Shown in pieces: positions 57,663-64,000 of a DNA stretch of 64,000 nucleotides. The notes below the pieces were generated by a model. It saw only the letters and a program-made list of their open reading frames with translations, searched no databases and was not told the origin of the DNA. The stretch is taken from contig CAWCBD010000013.1 of the NCBI GenBank assembly GCA_963793665.1, positions 97,670 to 161,669 of the forward strand, given 5' to 3'. The DNA is from an uncultured Paenibacillaceae bacterium. Its GTDB lineage: Bacteria; Bacillota; Bacilli; Paenibacillales; Paenibacillaceae. The translations under genes and the position numbers were made by a program. The first letter of the stretch is position 1; each line of letters begins with the position of its first letter.

Positions 57663-58463
57663 CTACCTAGTTACAGGACCTTGCACAATTGCTAGCAGCT
57701 TCTCCATAGCACTAAACATCTGTGAGAACAAATGATCAAATAATGTGACTAAGCCAGGCATCAGAACAGCCATCATCAGAAAACCTACAATAATTTTGAT
57801 AGGAATACCGATGACGAAGACGTTATATTGCGGTGCAGTCTTAGCAAGAAAGCCAAGACCTAAATCGGTTAGAAACATCGCTGCTACAAGCGGCGCAGAC
57901 ATTTGGAGCGCTAACATAAAGGTTTCTGCGAAAGTATGGGCAAGAAACGTGGAGATGCTTCCCTCATAGATTCGACCGAATAACTCGTTTGAAAGCGGTA
58001 TCCACTCATAGCTTTGAAGTAAAGCCATTAATAAATAATGATGACCATTAATTGATAGAAAAATTAATGTGGCGATCATGAATTTAAAATTGCCAATCAT
58101 TGGAGACGAAGTTCCCGACATCGGATCAATGACATTGGCTATACCAAATCCCATTTGTAAATCAATGAATGCGCCAGCCGTTTGAACGACAGTAAAAAAT
58201 AAATAAGCGACGTAGCCCAGAAGAACACCAGCCAGAATTTCACGAAATACCGATAAAATATAACCGGCATCAGGGACAATCGTTTGTTTGATTCCATATG
58301 TAAGAAAGACCAGCAGTGAGACCATAAAACAGAACCCTATTTTGAATGTCGCCGGCACCGTTCGAGTCGAAAAGACAGGTGCCACGACGAAAAACGCTGT
58401 TATTCGACAAAAAATAAGCAAAAAAATAGGGAACCCCTTCAAAAACAGCTCCACCCGATTCAC
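57663..58463 (-). CDS. fliR: Flagellar export protein FliR
   Basis: Multi-TM; AGAFIDLQMGFGIANVIDP, APQYNVFVIGIPIK. Confidence 0.96.
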   Translation of the reverse strand: MNRVELFLKGFPIFLLIFCRITAFFVVAPVFSTRTVPATFKIGFCFMVSLLVFLTYGIKQTIVPDAGYILSVFREILAGVLLGYVAYLFFTVVQTAGAFIDLQMGFGIANVIDPMSGTSSPMIGNFKFMIATLIFLSINGHHYLLMALLQSYEWIPLSNELFGRIYEGSISTFLAHTFAETFMLALQMSAPLVAAMFLTDLGLGFLAKTAPQYNVFVIGIPIKIIVGFLMMAVLMPGLVTLFDHLFSQMFSAMEKLLAIVQGPVTR

Positions 58464-58466
58464 AGC

Positions 58467-58736
58467 CTATCCGATGTATTTATACAAGTTATTCAGCAGG
58501 TTGTAAGTGAAATCGACCAGCGTGTTTAAGATCCATGGTCCAAACAATAAAATCCCGAGCATAACAGCAACAATTTTAGGTACAAACGCTAATGTCTGCT
58601 CTTGAATTTGAGTCGTTGCTTGAAATATACTCACGATCAGCCCTACAACCAGACCGAGCACAAGCATTGGTGCACTAGCCTTTAATACCGTGTAGACGGC
58701 CTGCCCAGCTAAGGCGATGATGAAGTCTGAATCCAT
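58467..58736 (-). CDS. fliQ: Flagellar export protein FliQ
   Basis: VSIFQATTQIQEQTLAFVPKI. Confidence 0.97.
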   Translation of the reverse strand: MDSDFIIALAGQAVYTVLKASAPMLVLGLVVGLIVSIFQATTQIQEQTLAFVPKIVAVMLGILLFGPWILNTLVDFTYNLLNNLYKYIG

Positions 58737-58760
58737 ACTTGCACTCCTTCCTGTCAGGCG

Positions 58761-59519
58761 TTACGTGTTAAAACTTAACAGCAGTGACTTCACTATTAAA
58801 TACCAACCGTCTACCAGTACAAATAGCAATATTTTGAAAGGCAGTGATATCATAACCGGGGGAAGCATCATCATCCCCATAGCCATGAGTGTACTGGCAA
58901 CTACCATATCTATAATAAGGAATGGAATGAATATCATGAATCCCATCTGAAAAGAGGTTCGAAGTTCGCTTAAAGCATAAGCCGGTACCATGACTGTAAT
59001 AGGAATGTCTTCATACGATTTGGGTTTCTCTGTTTTGGTATATTCCATGAAAAGAAGCAAATCCTTTTCACGTGTTTGGTTAAACATAAACTTCTTCATA
59101 GGGACCGCTGCTTTACTAAACGCTTCTGTCTGGGTGATGTCCCCCTTCAGATAAGGCTGAAGGGCAACTGTATTAACCTGACTGATCGTAGGTGCCATGA
59201 TGAAGAAGGTTAGAAACATCGCGAGTCCTATCAATACTTGGTTTGGCGGCATTTGTTGTGTGCCCAGTGAAGTACGTACAAAGCCAAGTACAATGACAAT
59301 CCGAGTAAAGCTTGTCATCAGTACAAGGATTGCAGGAGCAACACTTAAAACGGTAATAAGCAGCAGAAGCGAAAGCGCGCTTGTACCTGGCTGCTCACTT
59401 CCATCACCGATATTAACGCTCACATTAGGCAACGGGTCAGCAGCAAAAACATGAGAGTGAAACAACAGCCCAGCCAGTTGTAAGGCTAAGAGCGACAGTA
59501 CAAGTTTTTTATTCATCAT
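58761..59519 (-). CDS. fliP: Flagellar export protein FliP
   Basis: MTSFTRIVIVL, PPNQVLIGLA, MGMMMLPPVMISLPFKILLFVLVDGW. Confidence 0.97.
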   Translation of the reverse strand: MMNKKLVLSLLALQLAGLLFHSHVFAADPLPNVSVNIGDGSEQPGTSALSLLLLITVLSVAPAILVLMTSFTRIVIVLGFVRTSLGTQQMPPNQVLIGLAMFLTFFIMAPTISQVNTVALQPYLKGDITQTEAFSKAAVPMKKFMFNQTREKDLLLFMEYTKTEKPKSYEDIPITVMVPAYALSELRTSFQMGFMIFIPFLIIDMVVASTLMAMGMMMLPPVMISLPFKILLFVLVDGWYLIVKSLLLSFNT

Positions 59520-60117
59520 CCAACAACCGATCGTTATGATTTTGCTCTTTGAGTAAAGTCTCAACCTTCTGTTTCTGTTCCGACTGCCGCTTCATCTTGT
59601 CCTGCAGCAGCTCTTGAAAGGAGCTAGCCGCCTGCCAAGGCTCACTTGTCGGTTCAACATTAGAATTCCGGTTACGGAATCGGTCGACGAGATTAGTCAA
59701 AGACGGGGTATTCCATGTACGGCTGTTTTGCTGCTCGATTGCATCCATGACTGCAAGCGCTTCTTCCGGTTCATCGATTTTATCCAGCAGCGTGATGCTG
59801 TCTCCAACTCCAACTATGTAAACACGTCCGGATAATTCAACGACTTGCAGCGACTTATTCTGACCCAGCGGTATGCCGCCTAACGAGCGAAGTGCACGAT
59901 TCGTCCCCCATCCCCGATTACGCTGTGAAAGCCATTTAATGACGAGGATGATAAGGCCAATGACCAACATGAGCGCGACGATGACCCATATCAAGTAGCC
60001 GGCCCCTGGACCGAAGTCAGGCTTCTCAACTTCGGGTGCTGCATGAGCGATATGACTCATCATAAGCCATCCGAGTGAAGCAAGTCCCGCAAGCCGGAAT
60101 CTATTCCATTGCTTCAT
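59509..60117 (-). CDS. fliO: Flagellar protein FliO/FliZ
   Basis: Signal-like N-terminus, TM, LGGIPLGQNKSLQVVELSGRVYIVGVGDSITLL; lies between cheY and fliP. Confidence 0.88.
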   Translation of the reverse strand: MKQWNRFRLAGLASLGWLMMSHIAHAAPEVEKPDFGPGAGYLIWVIVALMLVIGLIILVIKWLSQRNRGWGTNRALRSLGGIPLGQNKSLQVVELSGRVYIVGVGDSITLLDKIDEPEEALAVMDAIEQQNSRTWNTPSLTNLVDRFRNRNSNVEPTSEPWQAASSFQELLQDKMKRQSEQKQKVETLLKEQNHNDRLLDDE

Positions 60118-60124
60118 AACGGTA

Positions 60125-60487
60125 TTATCCGAGTGTCTTCTTAATCGCTTCAATTACGCGATCAGCTTGGAATGGCTTAACGATGAAGTCTTTTGCGCCT
60201 GCTTGAATCGCATCGATTACCATCGCTTGCTGACCCATAGCGGAACACATGATCACTTTAGCGTTAGCATCAATTTTCTTAATTTCTTTAAGTGCTACAA
60301 TTCCGTCCATTTCTGGCATCGTGATATCCATCGTGATCAGATCCGGTTTAAGTTCTTTGAACCTTTCAATAGCTTGAGCGCCATCCGGAGCTTCTCCCAC
60401 AACTTCGTAACCATTCTTCGTCAATATGTCACGAATCATCATTCTCATAAAAGCCGCGTCATCAACGATCAAAATTCGATTTGCCAT
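60125..60487 (-). CDS. cheY: Chemotaxis response regulator CheY
   Basis: ILIVDDAAFMRMMI, TMDITMPEMDG, CSAMGQQ, FIVKPF. Confidence 0.97.
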   Translation of the reverse strand: MANRILIVDDAAFMRMMIRDILTKNGYEVVGEAPDGAQAIERFKELKPDLITMDITMPEMDGIVALKEIKKIDANAKVIMCSAMGQQAMVIDAIQAGAKDFIVKPFQADRVIEAIKKTLG

Positions 60488-60507
60488 CGTTACTTCCCCC
60501 TAAGATG

Positions 60508-61739
60508 CTATTGTAATTTTTGAATACGATCCCACTGGCTGACAATGTCTGTAACACGGACACCAAAGTTCTCATCAATAACGACTACCTCGCCTTTAGC
60601 GATCAGCTTGTTATTAACCAGGATGTCTACAGGCTCTCCTGCCAGCTTGTCCAGCTCAATGATTGAACCTTGCGACAATTCAAGAATATCCTTAATTTGC
60701 TTTTGGGTTCTTCCTAATTCTACTGTGACCTTAAGCGGAATGTCGAGTAATAAATTCAAGTTCGATTCTTCAGGCAGGACGAATGGTGCGCCTTGAAAAT
60801 TAGCAAATTGAACAGGTTGTACATTTACATTCCGATTTGGAACACCGCCATAAGTTTGCGGGCCATTATGTGCTGCTGCAGCGTATTGAGGCTGCGGAGT
60901 CATTGGTGGAGCTTGCGGTGCAGGCGGCGCTTCATATACGGGAGCAGGGGCCGCTTCTTGCCTTGCAGGCTGAGCTGCTGGTTGGTACTGGTGTAGATAC
61001 TGGACGCTGCTGGTGTACTGACAGCAGCAACTGGTTCTGAGGCCTGTGAACCTCCCATTAAAGTCGAAACCATTTCTTTTGCAAAAGGAATAGGAAGCAG
61101 CTGCATAATTGTTGAATCAATCAAGTCAGCTATCTTCAAGCGGAATGAAATTTTGATAAACAAATCGTCAGGAGGTAAACTTTGAATCCCATCCCCACTA
61201 GCCATATTCAAAATATCAATTCCTGGAGGTGAAATATTAACAAACCGATTGAAAATGGTTGACATTGATGTAGCAGACGAGCCCATCATTTGATTCATCG
61301 CTTCTTGAACAGCGCTAATGTGAATCTCATTAAGCTCTTCATCTGAAACGACACCTTCTCCGCCCAACATTAAATCAGCAATGATTTGCGCATCTCTCGT
61401 TTTAATGACGAGCGAATTAATGCCTTGAAAGCCATCCACATATTCAACAGAAACGGCAACATGCGGTCTAGGAAACTCTTCTTCTAACTGTGAACGTTTA
61501 ATAAGAGAAACAGTCGGAGTCGTAATATCTACCTTTTTACCTAATAGAGTAGATAAGGCCGTAGCTGCACTTCCGAACGTAATATTGCCGATTTCTCCAA
61601 GTGCGCTCTGCTCCATTTCATCCAAAAAATGATTCAGTTCTTGCTGCACTCCTACTGGCTCCGGCATATCCGGCTCATCGGAAGATTGACGCAGCAGGGC
61701 ATCGATTTCTTCTTGTGATAAGTAATCTTTACTCGTCAT
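60508..61739 (-). CDS. fliY: Flagellar motor switch phosphatase FliY; indel(s) in the linker near 60900-61005
   Basis: [25 protein letters not shown] and EAMNQMMGS CheC-like motifs, FliN domain [13 protein letters not shown]...[14 protein letters not shown]. Confidence 0.94.
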
Positions 61740-62730
61740 AATCTTCTTCCACTCCTTCGCTGACAACCTCATCAATTTGCACGGCCAAACAATCCTTCAC
61801 TGAGCCCGGGCTTCCGATAAACTTAAGTTTATCTCCCACTTTAATGTCCAATCCTTGATCGATCGGTTTATTTAATGAGAGCACATCACCAATGGCTAGT
61901 CCAAGAAATTCACGAATCGAAATGCTGGATTGACCAAGCTCGCATACAATCGGAAGCTTCGCTTTACTAACACGCTGCTTAAGCACCTCAAGCTCTTCTG
62001 GTGCTCTTGTTTTCTTCTGAGAAACAAACCAGTGATGAACCGAAAGTCTTGGCATGATCGGCTCAATAACAACGTGAGGGATACATAAGTTGATCATCCC
62101 TGTCGTATCGCCAATCTTCGTACTAAGCGATATTAGCGCAATTGTTTCATTTGGCGAAACAATTTGCATAAATTGCGGGTTTGTTTCAAGAGCTTCCATT
62201 CTAGGTGAAATATCAATTATCGTTTTCCAAGCTTCTTGCAAGCTTTCAAATGCACGACTGAAAATACGTTCCATGATATTCGTTTCTATTTCTGTCAGAG
62301 CATTGATTTTGGATGGCGCTATCCCCTGACCACCCAGCATACGATCAAGCATCGCATATGCAACATTCGGATGCACCTCGAGTACCATTCGCCCTTCTAG
62401 GGGCTCTGCTTCAAAGATGTTTAGAATGGTCATTTTCGGTATGGATCGAATAAATTCATCATAAGGGAGCTGTTCTACCTGTACGACATTAATTTGAACA
62501 AAAGTGCGAAGCTGTGCTGAGAAATAGGTTGTTAAGTATCGCGCGAAGTTTTCGTGTATCCGTGTTAAGCTCCGAATATGATCCTTCGAGAAACGGACCG
62601 CACGTTTGAATTCGTATAATCGAATCTTCTTCTGCGTATCTTCCTTTTTCAGTTCTTCTGCATCCATTTCACCGGATGATAAAGCAGCAAGCAACGCATC
62701 AATCTCGTTCTGCGACAAAACATCAACCAA
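61729..62730 (-). CDS. fliM: Flagellar motor switch protein FliM
   Basis: VLSQNEIDALL, IHENFAR, DRMLGG, ETNPQF, LAIGDVLSL. Confidence 0.97.
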   Translation of the reverse strand: MVDVLSQNEIDALLAALSSGEMDAEELKKEDTQKKIRLYEFKRAVRFSKDHIRSLTRIHENFARYLTTYFSAQLRTFVQINVVQVEQLPYDEFIRSIPKMTILNIFEAEPLEGRMVLEVHPNVAYAMLDRMLGGQGIAPSKINALTEIETNIMERIFSRAFESLQEAWKTIIDISPRMEALETNPQFMQIVSPNETIALISLSTKIGDTTGMINLCIPHVVIEPIMPRLSVHHWFVSQKKTRAPEELEVLKQRVSKAKLPIVCELGQSSISIREFLGLAIGDVLSLNKPIDQGLDIKVGDKLKFIGSPGSVKDCLAVQIDEVVSEGVEEDYDE

Positions 62731-62773
62731 TTATCTCACCCCCTTCGAAGGAATGCGGTATACCACATATTCA

Positions 62774-63256
62774 TTACAGCTTTGTAACGATGAAGTTAGT
62801 CACTTCTACTTTGATAAGCTTGCCTTCTGGAAGCTCTGTATTAATTAGATTAAGAAGGGTAGAACACAGCTGATCTTTACCTTTTGATCCATTAATCTCT
62901 TCTGGTTTCATATCAGCGAGAGTACGGATAACGATAGGTTTAATTTGAATTTCTTTGATTTTATCAAAATCTTCTTTGGTCGATTTCTCATCCAGCTGGA
63001 AAGCTAGTCCCATTACAGCGATATAATCCGGGTCTGCTAAATTTGTTTTAATATCCGTTAATTCACTAGTTACTGCTACTCTCTCATCTGCATTAAGCTT
63101 CTCCGTTGTTACGGCTTTCGCGGCATTTGCAGCCTTACCGGAGTCATTAGTAGCATTGTCTGAGCCCATTAACGTATTAAACAGAATAACAGCAACAATA
63201 GCTATAAGAGTGATCGCGAGTAAAATAGTAATTAACCAAGGCAGCATTTTTTTCAT
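62774..63256 (-). CDS. fliL: Flagellar basal body-associated protein FliL
   Basis: N-terminal TM, IKTNLAD, GSKGKDQL, IKVEVTNFIV; lies upstream of fliM. Confidence 0.9.
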   Translation of the reverse strand: MKKMLPWLITILLAITLIAIVAVILFNTLMGSDNATNDSGKAANAAKAVTTEKLNADERVAVTSELTDIKTNLADPDYIAVMGLAFQLDEKSTKEDFDKIKEIQIKPIVIRTLADMKPEEINGSKGKDQLCSTLLNLINTELPEGKLIKVEVTNFIVTKL

Positions 63257-63480
63257 GTCGAAGGTTCCTCCTTTTGATCACTCTTTAAAGTCGCCGTATA
63301 GACGCCGATAGAGCGAAGATAAGACTGCATGGAGGAAATAACGTCTACTGCTTTTTCCAACACCAGCATTTTTTTACCAGTGGTAAGCGTGATGAACGTA
63401 TCAGGCGTCTCTTCGATTGTCTCGATAAGAAGCGCGTTGATATAAAACTTGGAACCATTCAAACGCGTTACAGCAATCAT
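63253..63480 (-). CDS. flbD: Flagellar protein FlbD (SwrD/YlzI family)
   Basis: MIAVTRLNG...INALLIETIEETPDTFITLTTGKK. Confidence 0.92.
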   Translation of the reverse strand: MIAVTRLNGSKFYINALLIETIEETPDTFITLTTGKKMLVLEKAVDVISSMQSYLRSIGVYTATLKSDQKEEPST

Positions 63481-63536
63481 GAGCTTCCTCCTTGACCTGG
63501 CAGGGAGGCTGCTATGCCTCCCCAGCGGCTATTTGC

Positions 63537-64000
63537 CTATCGTTTTAGATTTACAACCTCTTGCAAAATTTCATCTGAAGTCGTAATAATACGGGAGTTT
63601 GCTTGGAAGCCGCGTTGTGCAACGATCATTTCCGTAAACTCTGACGTCAAATCGACGTTAGACATTTCAAGCTGACCCGCAATGATGGCTCCTGTGCCTG
63701 CTTCAAGATCTCCAGCGGTAGTAAGTGTCGTATCACCATCAGGGTTGGCATTTTGGGTCATTTTGTACAAATTGCCTCCTAATTTTTCAAGACCGCTTGG
63801 ATTAACCACTTTCATGACACCAAGCTGCGCTACAACTGAACTTGTTCCATCAGCCGCAACACCTATAACCGATCCATCTTGTGAGATCGAGAATGCTTTA
63901 ACTTCAGCTGGATCAAGCTTTATCGGTGCTCCACCTGAATCTAAAACGAACATACCGTCTCCATTAACTAATTGACCCAGCGCATCTAAAGTGAAGTTAC
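63537..64000 (-). CDS. flgE: Flagellar hook/basal-body rod family protein (FlgE position), C-terminal part; 5' end outside the window
   Basis: NPSGLEKLGGNLY, GQLEMSNVDLTSEFTEMIVAQRGFQANSRIITTSDEILQEVVNLKR; lies directly upstream of flbD. Confidence 0.85.
   Translation of the reverse strand, partial: NFTLDALGQLVNGDGMFVLDSGGAPIKLDPAEVKAFSISQDGSVIGVAADGTSSVVAQLGVMKVVNPSGLEKLGGNLYKMTQNANPDGDTTLTTAGDLEAGTGAIIAGQLEMSNVDLTSEFTEMIVAQRGFQANSRIITTSDEILQEVVNLKR

Overview
Core-chromosome segment of an endospore-forming Bacillales bacterium, most consistent with Paenibacillaceae by gene order and protein sequences. Every supported gene is on the - strand. In transcription order: the 3' half of the fla/che operon (flgE-like hook gene, flbD, fliL, fliM, fliY, cheY, fliO, fliP, fliQ, fliR, flhB, flhA, flhF, flhG, cheB, cheA, cheW, cheC, cheD, a hypothetical gene, sigD), a FapA/DUF342 gene plus three small uncharacterised genes, rpsB-tsf-pyrH-frr-uppS-cdsA-dxr-rseP-proS-polC, rimP-nusA-ylxR-ylxQ-infB-rbfA-DHH-truB-ribF, rpsO-pnp, ylxY-mlpA-dut, spoVFA-spoVFB-asd-dapG-dapA, rnj, tepA-ylzJ-spoIIIE, an orphan sleB and ymfF-ymfH-ymfI. 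About 17 genes, including essential ones (polC, proS, infB, nusA, rpsB), are broken by small indels that are best read as assembly errors, not pseudogenes. I found no mobile element, CRISPR array, tRNA, rRNA or defence island, and I cannot claim a new multi-gene system. The most unusual features are: four tandem 43-47 bp hairpin units between a good SigK promoter match and the RBS of the dipicolinate synthase genes, a REP-like palindrome cluster between dapG and dapA, long structured leaders before rnj and pnp, a QRPSGQ-repeat region in IF2, and the uncharacterised genes flanking sigD.
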